This document shows, piece after piece, positions 1-12,648 of a stretch of 64,000 nucleotides of DNA. Below the pieces are notes generated by a model. It saw only the letters and a program-made list of their open reading frames with translations. It was not told the DNA's origin and ran no database searches. The stretch comes from Octopus vulgaris (lineage: Eukaryota), in NCBI GenBank assembly GCA_951406725.2, contig OX597821.1, positions 61,318,001-61,382,000 of the forward strand. The letters run 5' to 3'. Positions within the stretch are counted from its first letter, which is position 1, and the number at the start of each line of letters is the position of its first letter. A program made the translations under genes and the position numbers.

Positions 1-167
1 ATACATTGCTTATAAAATAAATTTCAATTTATGCTCACATTTTCGATGAAGAAATGTGTATTCGACAAAATAGTATGACGTCCGAGACATCAGTGAAATT
101 GAGTCTATACTGAAGCCATAAATAAGGTGGAAGAAAGGAATTCTATCCAGTTATTTTATACTTATAG

Positions 168-393
168 AAGGTGAATTGCTTAGTGGCTAGGGATATCGAC
201 TCATGATCGTAAGGTCATGAGTTCGATTCTCCGCGGTGCTTGTGTCCTTGAGCAAGACACTTTATTTCACGTTCTTCCTTCCAGTCCACTCAGCTGGCAA
301 GTGAAAGGGCCAGCCTTGTTTCATTCTGTGACACACTGAATTTTTCTGAGAACTACGTGAAGTGTACGTGTGTCTCTTAATTTCACGAACAAG
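168..393 (+). mobile_element. tRNA-derived SINE (family A: tRNA head + GTGTCCTTGAGCAAGACAC core + tail 1), partly deleted
   Basis: A-box-like TAGTGGCTAGG and B-box-like GAGTTCGATTC, then TGTGTCCTTGAGCAAGACACTTTATTTCACG..CCAGTCCACTCAGCTGGCAA; aligns by eye to 63520-63812. Confidence 0.85.
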
Positions 394-663
394 TTCTTAG
401 TCTTAAGAAATAACAAAAATTATGTCGGAAAACAGCTTACACGTGAAAGACAACTGCTTCTGTATGGCACATCGAATAGGCACATAATATTCACTCAGAT
501 GAGTATTGCATACAGCTGAATTAAAATTCAATCCTTCGTCTTTGGAAAGTGATTATATATTTGATGGACAAGATATCCTGAAGATCACTAGATAGATCCC
601 ATAAAAGATTAAAGATGTAAAACTTATATACACATATAATATAAATGTATGCATGTTTGTATG

Positions 664-713
<50 letters not shown>

Positions 714-824
714 AACAAACCGAGGAAAAGAAATCCATCAAAGGGGTGTGTTTAGCATCCAATTCCCTGATATGTCAGTTGGATACCATATAAATATTGG
801 CATAATTCAATTATAAAGATACAT

Positions 825-1173
825 TAAATATAGAGATATACTATTGACAATCCAATAATTTATTTATATTACAATATTACATTAAATACTATGAATATAA
901 TATGATATAGCATAACATTATATAGCATAAATATATATAAAAACCATAAAAGGTCAACAAATTGCTTCCACTCATATATATATTTTCCTGATATACATAA
1001 TCACAGTTTCCTTATAAATAAAGTCACTTCAGGGTAATGGTTTATAAAAAGACGAAATCCTTTTTATAGTTTTTATAGTTATTTATGTTGTATAATATTA
1101 TATTCATTGTATTTCACGTAATATTGTAATATAAATAAATTATTGGATTGTCAATAGCATATTTCTATATTTA
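825..1173. repeat. Foldback/MITE-like element, 56-bp terminal inverted repeats, next to (TA)n
   Basis: 825-880 is the reverse complement of 1118-1173 with 2 mismatches. Confidence 0.8.
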
Positions 1174-1242
1174 CCTTTATATATATATATATATATATAT
1201 ACATACGTACATACGCAACGCTTATCAATGTGTGTGCGTATA

Positions 1243-1302
<60 letters not shown>

Positions 1303-1309
<7 letters not shown>

Positions 1310-1562
1310 AAGGATGAAAAGGGACACACGAGTTGATATATATGAAAAAACAATTCAAGATAAAAAAATGTTAAAATAATTTTATATAGAACATTTCAGT
1401 ACCGGTTTTGGTCATTTGAGACCTTTTCAACTGTAACAATTAAATGTTTAAATTTAGAAATATTAAAAGAAAAGTTTTTTTTAAAGAATATTCGTATAGT
1501 GTCCAAATATAAGTGGCATTTCCTTGTTTCTGCCTTTCTCTGTCTCTCTTGTTTACTCATGT
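1303..1562 (-). mobile_element. ~260-bp ORF-less interspersed repeat with hammerhead-like motif (copy 1)
   Basis: Collinear with 30836-31093 with the same two endpoints; minus strand 1433-1397 reads CAG-TTGAAAA-GGTC-tcaaat-GACC-AAAA-CCGG-TA-CTG. Confidence 0.75.
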
Positions 1563-1577
1563 GGGTTCAAGGTCCAC

Positions 1578-1745
1578 ATGTGTTTATGTTCCCGTAACTT
1601 AGCGGTTCGGCAAGAAACTCTGATAGAATGAGCATTAGTCTTACAATGAATTAGTCCTGCGTCAACGTCTGCTACTAAAACCTTTTAAGGAGGTGTTCGA
1701 GCATGGGCGCTGAAAATGAATAAAACGTAAAATATAAAAGAATAG
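1578..1745 (+). mobile_element. CORE-type SINE, diverged 3' half
   Basis: CCCGTAACTTAGCGGTTCGGCAA and a degenerate tail match the 3' half of 21998-22388. Confidence 0.75.
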
Positions 1746-3159
1746 TATATATATATATATATATATATAAGTGGGGGTGGGGGAGATGGAAATAGCAACA
1801 GAGTGAGGGAATAGAGAAGAGACAGACTGAAAGATAATGTATGGAAAAGAAAGTGAGAGTGTGTGAGGGAGATGTAGATGAGGAGGGACAAATGTAATTG
1901 CATATTCTTATATATATATCTGTATTTTGAAACAGATGATAGCTGAACTATAGTAGCATTTGCACAGAATGCAGTGCAGGGATTGAAACAAAAGTGTAGC
2001 AGCCAATATTTCCTACCATATAATGTACAACAGGAAAAAATCAAACAATATGGATTTAGCTGGTAGATTGTGGACATTACATATTGCAATTCCATTTCAC
2101 AATTGCATGCTCCTTCAACAGAAATGTGCTGGTAATATCAACCTCAATTTCAACTGTTTATAATGAAAATAGAAAATTCTACACACAGTCTCACACACAT
2201 ACATGCACAATATTCTTTTAATAATATTAGATTTCATCAAACTTGCTCATTATGTATTCAGCGCATCATAGAAGAGAAAGAAGTAATGTAGAAGGCTTTA
2301 TATTTCATGAACTGTAGAAATACTATTTTTTCTCTCTTCATATCTCCATCTCCGTCAGCTGATCTTCAGATAAATATAAATCATTCTTGAAAATATATTT
2401 TTTAGTTTAATATCATGGAATTAAATACACAGTAATATGTCAATATTTTGCGATATTGATTTTCAGAAATTGTATTTGTAGATATTTATAGCAATTTACT
2501 AGAATAAATTAAAGAAAAAACTGTGTGATGTAAATACATAGATTTCAGGTCAGCAATTAATGTGACATTCTGAATCTTATTTGCATTTTCCAATTTACAG
2601 GTTAAATCAGATTATAAATTTTGCTATGGAAGTCAAACATTTAAGGATTCTTTTATTGCCAAAGCGAATACACTCTGAGGGCATTTAAATTCTACAATCG
2701 CTGTAGCATCATTTATACCAGTTGCAAAATATCACAAAGCAAGAATAACGAAGTGAATATCGTTATTCTATGGCCGTAGTCATCTTCTAAGCACATCACG
2801 AATTCTTAGCTGTACTAAAAGCATCATTTTCACTCTATGTAAACGTGTGTAATTTTAACAACTTAATTATGCTATTCCCGCTTTTATGAACGTAAAACTA
2901 ATGTCTTAGCTGAATGCTCACCAACTGGTATGATTTGTTAAGTATTAATGATGTCACTAGTGGAGAAATTAAATTCAACCAGAGTTATTCATAAGAGCTT
3001 GACAAATTGGAGTTATATTCGACATATACTGAAAGGTAAAAGTTATGCTATACCATAATATTTCGGAGCGTAGTGGGTATTATATAAAATTTCCAGCAAG
3101 TGATGGAATAATCATAATAATTCTTTTAAGGTCAGTAATTTTAGAGAAGAGAGAATAGA

Positions 3160-3327
3160 CGATTAGATCGATTCTAATGTTCGACCGCTACTTTATTTTA
3201 TCAGTTCTGAAATAATGGAAGGTTAAGTCGACCATGGCAGAATGTGAACTCATGCCGCGAGGAGCCGAAATAAGTTCTGCTAAGATTTTTGTCCGTTGCG
3301 CTAACACAACTGGAAGCTCGCCGCCTT
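3160..3327 (-). mobile_element. Nin/Deu-domain SINE, diverged
   Basis: Minus strand starts GGCGGCGAGCT and contains GGTCGACTTAACCTTCCAT...GATAAAATAAAGTA; similar to 18189-18425. Confidence 0.7.
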
Positions 3328-3498
3328 ATGTAATACAAATACTAAGGAGACTCGACAATATAATTCACCGCCTTACCAAAAAGCTGAAATTATGAAAAAT
3401 TGCTATCCATATAATGTATAAGTGTAGAATTTATTATAGAAAAGAAATTAAGAATATTCTCAATTTTTTCTGAAATATAATCCGACTTTGCAAAGTAT

Positions 3499-3768
3499 CT
3501 TTATTCTTTACTCTCTTTTATTTGTTTCAGCCATGTGACTGTGGCCATGCTGGCGCACCGCCTTTAGTCGACCAAATCGACCCCACGACTTAAACTTTCT
3601 AGGTTTAGTACTTATTCTATCAGTGTCTATTGCCGAACCGCTAAGTTACGAGGACGTAAAAACACCAACCAGCATCGGTTGTTAAGCGTTGTTGGAGGGG
3701 GGGACAAACACAGACACACAGACATATGCACACACACACACACACACACAAACATACACAGACACACA

Positions 3769-3824
<56 letters not shown>

Positions 3825-3980
3825 CGACGGGTTTCTTTCAGTTTCGAAATCCATTCAGAAGGTTTTCGACAGCTCGAGGCTATAGTAGAAGACACTTGCC
3901 CAAGGTGCCACGCAGTGGGACTGAGCCCGGAACCATGTGGTTGGTAAGCAAGCTACTTACCACACAGCCACTCCTGCACC
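3499..3980 (-). mobile_element. CORE-type tRNA SINE, full length, with internal (TA)/(TG) microsatellite
   Basis: Minus strand: tRNA-like head GGTGCAGGAGTGGCTGTGTGGTAAG, CORE-like GCGTGGCACCTTGGGCAAGTGTCTTCT, microsatellite, tail GGCGGTGCGCCAGCATGGCCACAG..TGAAACAAATAAAAG; many copies in window. Confidence 0.9.
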
Positions 3981-3984
3981 TATA

Positions 3985-4690
3985 TGTCCATTCTTGTTTG
4001 GATACTTTCTCACATAAGGGGGCTTTTAGGCTACACCTACAAATTTTTGTAGATATTTGTCAAGGCGTCCCCATATATTGATGTGAAATGCGTAGTACAG
4101 ATCATCCAGTCAAGACAGTTTTTCTCTCGTGCTGCCAGTCATCACTCCCTGCTTTTCCATAAATGATATCAACTTCGTAACATTCTGTCGCTCTAGCCTA
4201 GTCACTGCAAAGTCGCATGCTTGAAGTAGAGGTCCTGGGCCGTGCTGGCGCAGTTAGTTTGGAAGCACCCATTATCTCTTCACAGCTGTGCTTGGTGGGT
4301 CATATTTGCAGGAAGGAGTGTGACAGTCTCGCTGAACTACGTCAGGGCTGGCGGAGCCCTTGCTGCCTGTGGAGCGGTACAGGGATATTCTGAAGAGACA
4401 TATGAGGAACTCTTGCGGCTCCACAGACACCCAGGAGGAGAAGGCTCTGCAACGTGATGAATGGCACCATTCGCTGAAACTCGTAATTCCAGCTACTCAG
4501 GAGAAACAACAGAGAGAATACAAAAGAACACATGGAGGCGACACCTCTCCGTTGCATCAAGTAGCTTCACCTACATGAGATGTCATCTATGCTGCAGATC
4601 AATAGCAGGTCTTATAGTGCACATGCAAGCTTGCCAGAGATCATTACTGAACATGAACAATCAACGTCGATCTACGAAGGAAAGCCAACT
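3985..4690 (+). mobile_element. RTE-clade LINE, degenerate 3' end
   Basis: Frameshifted peptides EVLGRAG...QLCLVGHICR, ERYRDILKRHM...ALQRDEW and a C-terminal C..C...GL..H...C motif typical of RTE ORF ends. Confidence 0.75.
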
Positions 4691-5153
4691 ACGATATTAT
4701 ATATATATCACTCAGAAAAAAAATATATATAAAGCTGCACATATCACATATTGCATGGAATACGTTGACTACAAACAACACACACATATACTCACATACG
4801 CACACATGCATTCGCCGACAAAACACTGCACATACACATACACATAAAAGCGCTGTGTTGTTCAATGAAGGAACGCAATACAAATAAGGCTATTGAAGAT
4901 AATAAGTATATAGATTTTAAGATGTTCAAGGTTGAAATGGATGAGAATATGATTGTAAAGTCGGTTAAATTGAGCTCAGTAATTGCACAGCACTTAGCAT
5001 TCAACACAGGAAGAATGACACCTATTATTGCTTTTGTTTCTAAACTACAATGCATAAACTATCAAATAAATAATATCAACTGTGAAATTGAAATTACTTT
5101 ATATTCAAGAATAATATTACATATATATATGTATATCTACATGGGTGTGCTTG

Positions 5154-5185
<32 letters not shown>

Positions 5186-5317
5186 TGTATGTATGTATGT
5201 ATGTATGTATGTATTTATATAAAACAAATGATAGAGACGGAAAATGGAATACACGGAAAACTTTATTGCTCTTGTCGGTGTACTACTAGGAACATACTCA
5301 ACACTTTAATATTAACT

Positions 5318-5415
<98 letters not shown>
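5318..5415. repeat. (TCTA)n microsatellite (further TATC tracts at ~6007-6090, 14199-14300, 19661-19765, 45388-45490, 51715-51838)
   Basis: Direct reading. Confidence 0.98.
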
Positions 5416-6005
5416 AATCAATCTGTAATGCATTCAAATGCATTACACGACTGGTAAACATTCGAACATAATACAACAGTCTCAATCGAAACTGGTTCAG
5501 CATTTCTCGTCTCATATTATCCTGCCAAGTAAAAGTGTTAGTTCATTGGTTCCTAGCAATGCTCGGTAGTATATTCAAATTAGATTACTCGTAAATTCTT
5601 GATGTATCCGTAGTACGCTTTAGATTAATGTGTCACTTAAGTCCACCGGAACACTAAAAGAAAACATTAATTATTGTTGAATGATATATTTTGAAAATGT
5701 TGCAGGGTTCTTAAATGACAAGACACGTCTTTCGTATATCAATCTCTTTCTCATTCATTATCTCTCACTCTCTCTTTTTCCGTCTTGCTATCCACTGTTT
5801 TTGATTGTATGCCACTAGGAAACAATGTGTGATTCTGTGTATGTACTTGATTATCTCTCTCTCTCTCCCTCCCTCTCTCTCGCTGTATATCTATTTATCT
5901 GTCTATCTAAATATATGTATCCACACGTCTGTCTGTCTGTTAATCTAATTATGTATTTTGCGTTGTCTCCATATAAGTGTATCTATATCTGTATTTCTGT
6001 TTATA

Positions 6006-6122
<117 letters not shown>

Positions 6123-6774
6123 CGTTGTTATGTTAAACTCTCGTATGTCCTCATTTGCCCAAATGTGTTTTATTCTTCAATATTTAATTTTGCTGGCAAT
6201 GGCCGGTTCTTTTGGTCAAACTAGCGTATACCCAGCTATTTCAGGTGGCAAGATAGGAAGGTTGTCAAAGTGTAGTACAACGGTTTAGCATCTTTGAAAA
6301 GTGTCATCATAAATCCCAAATACGACAGTTTTATAAAAATATTTCTGACTGAAAATATACATGCATAGATTTACGATTTTATGTACCCAACAAAGTATTA
6401 TTGTTAAGATGAAACTGTTGCTAATGTAAAAAGAAATGGAATGGTGAAAGTATTTTTTGGGTTTTCCGAAAACACGTTTTGGAATTACGACACATTTGTT
6501 TAATAGCAACGATTTGTGTATGTGTGTGTGTGTATGTGTGTGTATATATGCGTATGTATGTACACATGTATACGTATGCAGATCTGTACATCCCTACAGA
6601 TGCATGCCCTTTCTGATGAACTCTCATGTAAAACTAGCAATGCCGGACTTGTACACTTCATCAATTGCTTGAAATATCCCCTTTTTGCATAACAGGAAAT
6701 TGTTATACGTGGGCATATATCCCGTAAAGGTGAGCGGTATGATAATTTCGACACAATACCAGCAGTGTCGGCGG

Positions 6775-6939
6775 AGGACTACATCAACCTAAGTCTTGAG
6801 CCGGTACTTATTTTATCGACCCCGAAAGGATGAAAGACAAACATGACCTCAGCGGAATTTGAACTCAGAACGTAAAGATAGATGAAATGCCGCTATGCAT
6901 TTTGCCCGGCGTATTCACGATACTGCAAGATCACTGCCT
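6775..6939 (-). mobile_element. Nin/Deu-domain SINE
   Basis: Minus strand GAGTTCAAATTCCGCTGAGGTC..CTTTCATCCTTTCGGGGTCGATAAAATAAGTACC. Confidence 0.85.
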
Positions 6940-7689
6940 ATAAAACATGAAAACTAATCTCTCATGCACTCATGGCTTTTACGTCACTTGAAATCTCCAA
7001 GGGTACGCTTCTATAATCCAAGTGCAGGAAATATTTAATGAACAAACGTGACAGATTAACCCTTAAACTCCCAAGTTGCATACTTAAATGTCGAAGATGT
7101 CACTCTTATGTGAAAGGCATAACAAGTTATCAGTGACTGTTGAAAATGTTACTGACGCAATATCTTCTACTGCGACAAGATGTTGTTGCTAAAACAAGAT
7201 ACGCTGCTAACCGAAGAAAAAAATACAGTACTCAACGCAGAAACTAAAAAGATAAAACAATTCCTCGGATAAGCATAAACACGACCTCTGCCATTGAAAG
7301 CACAAATAACAACATTCCCATGAGAAAAGTTACCCGGGACAAAAAAACCACAAGAAGCAGATGTAAAAATCATTGAAATCAATATGGACACCTTGATTAT
7401 AAATGTATACTCATAGCAGTAATTATTTGTCCATATCGTTATATTAGGAAATGTCTAAGTGACATCTTGAAATAGACTGGAATTTTCAGTAAAGGAAGAA
7501 CCGACTAACACGTACTTTATAGAGACAAAATACGAGAGGAATTAGTGAAAATAGGCAAGATTCTTTAAAGATTAAACTATAGAAGTTGATGTTATCTTAA
7601 TTCCATTAACAGAAGCGTATTTCTTTGCATACATACGTGCATACATGCGGTCATATATGTGTGTATATAATGTAACTGATGATTCCTGT

Positions 7690-7813
7690 TTTACATTTTG
7701 GGTTCAAATATCGCTGACGTCGACTTCGACTTTCAATGTTTCGGGGTCGATAAAATAAGTACCAATTGAGCACCGGGGTCGATGTGATCGCCTGGCCCCT
7801 CCCCACAAAATTT
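7690..7813 (+). mobile_element. Nin/Deu-domain SINE fragment
   Basis: GTCGACTTCGACTTTCAATGTTTCGGGGTCGATAAAATAAGTACC...GGGGTCGATGTGATCG. Confidence 0.8.
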
Positions 7814-8346
7814 ACAAACAAATTATGATAGAAGTTGTGATTATTAGAATCATCAGGTAAGTAATAATAAATGAAATAAGAGTTAATATTTATAAATGAC
7901 TTAGGAATAATATTCTATATGATAACGGCTCCATGTTCTTTAATTTCAATCATCGTATCAAACACCTCGAGTGTGTTCTCGGTTATGTTTATAATCTTAT
8001 TAATTTGCTTTCATAATAGATGCTGTTAGCTCTGTGGAAAATTCCATCACGAGCTATATAAATAAGTGATAACCATTGAAACGCAAGAACTCCATTGCAA
8101 AATGAAAGAAAAAAGTAATATTACACTTTATTATTGCAGAAATTATATATATCCGTACTAAGATGTGCCATTAGCCAGGTACATTATAGTCTAGTATATG
8201 AAGATACCGTTGCTTATTAATAAGAAAGAATTGATTGCGTGCATTATCAATCAAACCAAAATCACATTCTATGAATAAAGAGACAATTAGCGTAATAGGT
8301 GCTTCACTATCAATAGCATGATGCTAAGCATGTTCATGTGATACAT

Positions 8347-8399
<53 letters not shown>

Positions 8400-9304
8400 T
8401 ATATCAGTACCGTATTTTTAAATGCCTACAACCTCAATATAATTGACAACTATAGAAACTGGAAAAAAACTACTTTTATCCATAGGCTGAAACAGCTGTA
8501 AGGAGTGATTTTAATGATTTCACTAATTTATATTATGATTTTTATAATTGTATTCTTATCTTATATGTATTGAATTATAATGTATATACGTATGCTATTA
8601 AGGTTCTCATTTTTGTTAAAAGAATAAATAATTCAACATTCTTGTAATCGTTTGTCACCTTGCTCTTTTATGCTTGTTTGTAACGCATCGATTTCAAGCT
8701 TCTACATATCGACACTGATAGAGCAAATAGTTTGTCCTTAGAAATTTCTATTTAAGTTCTACCTTTTGAAAGCGAAGGCACTATTCAGTTTCTTGTGATA
8801 ACTACCAGACAGTGGACATTTTGTGGCGACATTTTGCGGACCATTTTGTAGCGATATTTAGTGTCGACATTTTCATGACTACGTTGTTTCCTAGATTTTG
8901 TACACTCAGAATACGGAGTATATACGGGTACAGTGAATATACTCTAGCCGCTTTCTTAGTTTCGTCTTTCCTCCTGCCTTGCACTAGTGTCGCATGTAAG
9001 TGGCAAGATCTTGGTATCTTATATTTCAGTGTATTTTCGCCATCGAAATTAACAGTTTATATATTGAAACTACATTTGCAATTTTATCGTCAAGAGTAGA
9101 CATAATAGTAACGTTAAGGCGGTCACCTTGTTTATACATGCATGTTCATTTATTACACGTCCAATACTATTGTTCGTGTCAAATAAATGCAAACTTCTCA
9201 TTATATATTTCCGTACCTATCTACATTAGTTCCTCTATCCATCCATATACATACATTCTAAGAGCGGTTTAAGCTGGATAGCCTACATAAACAGGAAAGT
9301 CAAG

Positions 9305-9395
9305 ATGATTTGTAGGGCGTGCTCCCGGATCTTTAGGACTCTCCTGGTCAGAAACCAGGACTCTCCTGGTCTAAACCTTATTAATGATTTGTAGG
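9305..9395. mobile_element. 67-bp insertion flanked by a 12-bp direct repeat (probable TSD)
   Basis: ATGATTTGTAGG at 9305-9316 and 9384-9395; insert contains AGGACTCTCCTGGTC twice. Confidence 0.6.
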
Positions 9396-9559
9396 TAGGT
9401 GGTACTTCGTTATGCAAACAAAATATACTCTAAAGTATATTAAATGTTTTCGTAAGTCGATACCACTTTTGACTACGTTAGTAGTGCCTTTTACATTATT
9501 TTGTTAAGGTTGTTTCTAGAGATAATTCTATACAGATTATAGGCCAGCACTGATTTTTG

Positions 9560-10180
9560 CTACTACGTTTCGTATCGAGACGTCAGACTCTCTTCTCCAT
9601 CTTCGGCCGCTCTCTTCTTGAATACTGTTGTAGCATCCCACAGATCAATCACAAAAAAGACAAAAACGAAAAATAGACGACTTGACATGCCTTCATGCCT
9701 GGGATCGTCTCGAGAGTCTCAAACTTTATTTCTTTTAACGCCACCGTGAGCATTATAAAATTTGTATTTTCCGCATCAAACGGAAAATATTCCAACAGCA
9801 TTACCAAATGATGTTGCCATCAACTTTAATATTCATCCGAGTCTTGGATACCGTATCATCCATCGTCTGCAAAAAACCATGCTCCCATCATTTCGCAACA
9901 TTAATGTAGAACTATTTCACCTGATCACACCCTGCTCTATATAACATCATGCCAAGATATATGAGAAGAAAATGATCTAATAACTTCCAAACGGTTCTTG
10001 AATAAATATCTTCAACAAATTCCAGATATACCACATTCGCGTGGATATATCACAGCAAATAATAACCATTTACTACAATAGGTTATGACGCCCAAACAAT
10101 GACTGAATTATGAACCATCATTTAATGCTTTTCCCAGATATTTAGTCCTGACTTGTGGCAACTATGGCCTAGCCTTACCG
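9560..10180 (+). mobile_element. CR1/L2-group LINE, old degenerate 3' fragment (second family)
   Basis: Broken frames give LLEYC, QRSITKK, WDRLESLKLYFF*RHREHY, RFLNKYLQQIPDIP, matching the C-terminus seen at 40048-40587. Confidence 0.7.
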
Positions 10181-10251
10181 AACTATATATATATATATAT
10201 ATATATACGGATTTATTAATAATTAATTAATTCGACCCCCTTTTTTGATAA

Positions 10252-10314
<63 letters not shown>

Positions 10315-10317
<3 letters not shown>

Positions 10318-10703
10318 TTCATTTCATCTAGTTTCAGCTCACGAGCTGTGGCCATGCTGGGGCACCGCCATTCGGCGTTGCTACATGATTTTACTTCACG
10401 AATGCTTTTTAGCAATTGACATTTGGTGCATGAGAGAGTTGGATGCAGCTACCCTCATCTGCACCTCCTGCCGTGAAGTTGGTTCATCTGGGACACCTGA
10501 CAGGAAGAGGTCCAGTTTTATTTTAAAGACATCTGCATCCACCCCATGCAGGTCTCTCAGGTACTTCGGGACGATATTGAAGAGATGTGGACCTCTGAAG
10601 CCCAGGCTATCGCAGTATCTTGTCCTACATTTTGATGGCAAATTTGATGTCCTTGGCACTATGCAGTGGCGCCCAGGTCAAGTATTTGTGTAACTCTCGA
10701 TGC
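10315..10703 (-). mobile_element. CR1/L2-group LINE, 5'-truncated 3' end
   Basis: ORF 10396..10659 nearly identical to the peptide at 40290-40587; same 3' tail GGCGGTGCCCCAGCATGGCCACAGCTC. Confidence 0.9.
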
Positions 10704-11768
10704 TAGATTTCGCTGCACAGCTGAAAGTCCTTTGTGCAGCAATACATTGTAGGCATGGCGCTTTACAACCAATTGTCGCTGAATTTCAACATCATTTTCA
10801 TCAAGCTAGTCTCTGTGTCTGGCAGTAGCACATCCCAGTGTTTCAGCAGCATATTGAAGGACCTGCTCTCGAAAATCTTCCTACACTCTAGTATTTTCAA
10901 TGCTGGACACGCGAGTCTGAAGCTCTTTCCTCAACACAACGTCATATACCTTGTGGACATTCAGACGCCGAGGAATGCCAACTGGCCCACTTCTCTCTGT
11001 CACTCTTATCGCCATCCTGAACTTTGCTCGCACCAGACTGTGCTCTATCCACCAGTCCGATTCATGAAAGGACTTGACATTACAAATGGCATGGATGTCA
11101 CGTTTGCGAATGATGACATAATCCAGCAAGTGCCAAACTTTAGACCTTGGATGCATCGAGGTTGTTATGTGATCACCGTTGTGCATAGATTGAGTGCTTG
11201 TAACGTAAGGTCCATGTTTATGGCAAAGCTCCAGCAGCATAAGACCATTTCTATTATTTTACCTACACCAAAACGTCCTAGAAAGTTCCATGTTTGCCAG
11301 TCTGTTCCAACTCTGGCATTGAAATCTCCTTGTAGAATGACTTTATCAGAACTGGGGATTTTTCTAAGTATGGCTCTCAGCTGGGTATAAAGAATAGTTT
11401 TATCTTCATCACAACTAGTCAAAGAAGGCGCATAAGCACTTATCAGAGTAGCAAACCGCCCACCTTTCAGGTGAAATCGTAGAAACATTAGACGTTCATT
11501 TATAGGTACAGGGAGCGCCTCCAAATCGAACTGCGAAGCCAACGCAATTCTCTCTGCGCTCCTACTTCAGCTTCCCCTTCCCCAAAAAGATGTATCCACC
11601 TCTTACTTTCTCAAACTGACCATAAGATTCTCTGAAAGAGCAGCAATGTTATAGCGTTTCAACACGCAAGCAAAAAGTACAGTGCGTCTTTCAGACCTAC
11701 GATCACTCTTGTTGTCCAACAGAGTGCGCATATTTCAACATGAAATGTTCAAGTTCCATCCAGCTTTT
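10704..11768 (-). mobile_element. RTE-clade LINE, degenerate APE endonuclease region
   Basis: Peptides C*NMRTLLDN, INERLMFLR...ATLISAYAP, KVILQGDFNARVG, HPRSKVWHLLDYVI and a SDH-equivalent IEHSLV are APE motifs of RTE elements. Confidence 0.9.
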
Positions 11769-12225
11769 GTATCATACATCAAAATGAAGTTTATTATGTG
11801 TTTATTATTTATCCTTTTCGCAATAAATCGACTTGAATGACACCTTGAGTATACAAAAAAACAGTCTCCATGATTTTTCCAGCTGACTTTTGCGTCTTGA
11901 ACTTTTTGGTTGGTGGTGGCATAGAGAAGCACCATTCTATCGACTGCCTCTTTGATTCCGGTTCATAATGATGAACCCACCTTTCATCACCTGTTACAAG
12001 CCTTCGAAAGAAGGTGTTGTCTCTTTGACTTCGTAGTGAAGAAGTGGCTCAAAGAACAGTCAACAGAATTTTACGAGGCAGGGATACATGCTCTCATTCG
12101 AAAGTGGAACGTTGCTACTGTGAGAAACGGTGACTATGTTGAGAAGTAGGGATGTGATCCACATTAGACCAGCTCCATTTTGATGTATGATACATGTTTC
12201 TGTGTTGGTAACTACACCTATCCTA
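11769..12225. mobile_element. Rearranged mariner relic (transposase pieces on both strands)
   Basis: Minus 12000-11790: LVTGDERWVHHYEPESKRQSIEW..PPPTKKFKTQKSAGKIMETVF; plus 12035-12149: KWLKEQSTEFYEAGIHALIRKW...GDYVEK*. Confidence 0.85.
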
Positions 12226-12648
12226 AACCATCACATATTACGTAAAGGCTAAAAAGGCACATACAAATATTTGAATAATACGTAAAATCATTGAAAATGT
12301 ACACATGCATACATGTGATGGCGTCACCTAAAATACACACACACAAATACACTTCACCTTCAGACAAGAAATACTATAGAAACTCACAGTAACAATAAAA
12401 TAGACATTCACACCTTTATAAAAAGGGTATATGCATACGCGTATCATCTAAAGATAGCACCATCACAACAGTTCATCTAAGCGCATCGCACGATACGAAT
12501 CCACAAACATGCACAATGACATAGAATCTCACATATGAGAATATACGAAAGAACTAAAATGAAAATAAGAGGTTAATAATTTCTAAAGCCACAAAAAACA
12601 AACTTTCATGTACATGCAAACAATGAAACGAAACACTCATATGAATAA

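Noticed and set aside
168-235. tRNA gene (also at 32410-32485 and 34079-34150)
   Set aside because: A/B boxes are followed by SINE bodies and no complete cloverleaf is evident; these are SINE heads.
575-605. CTGAAGA motif (also 8714-8790, 17690-17730 minus, 61566-61610)
   Set aside because: Isolated core-like heptamers without a complete set of stems; expected by chance or too decayed to call.
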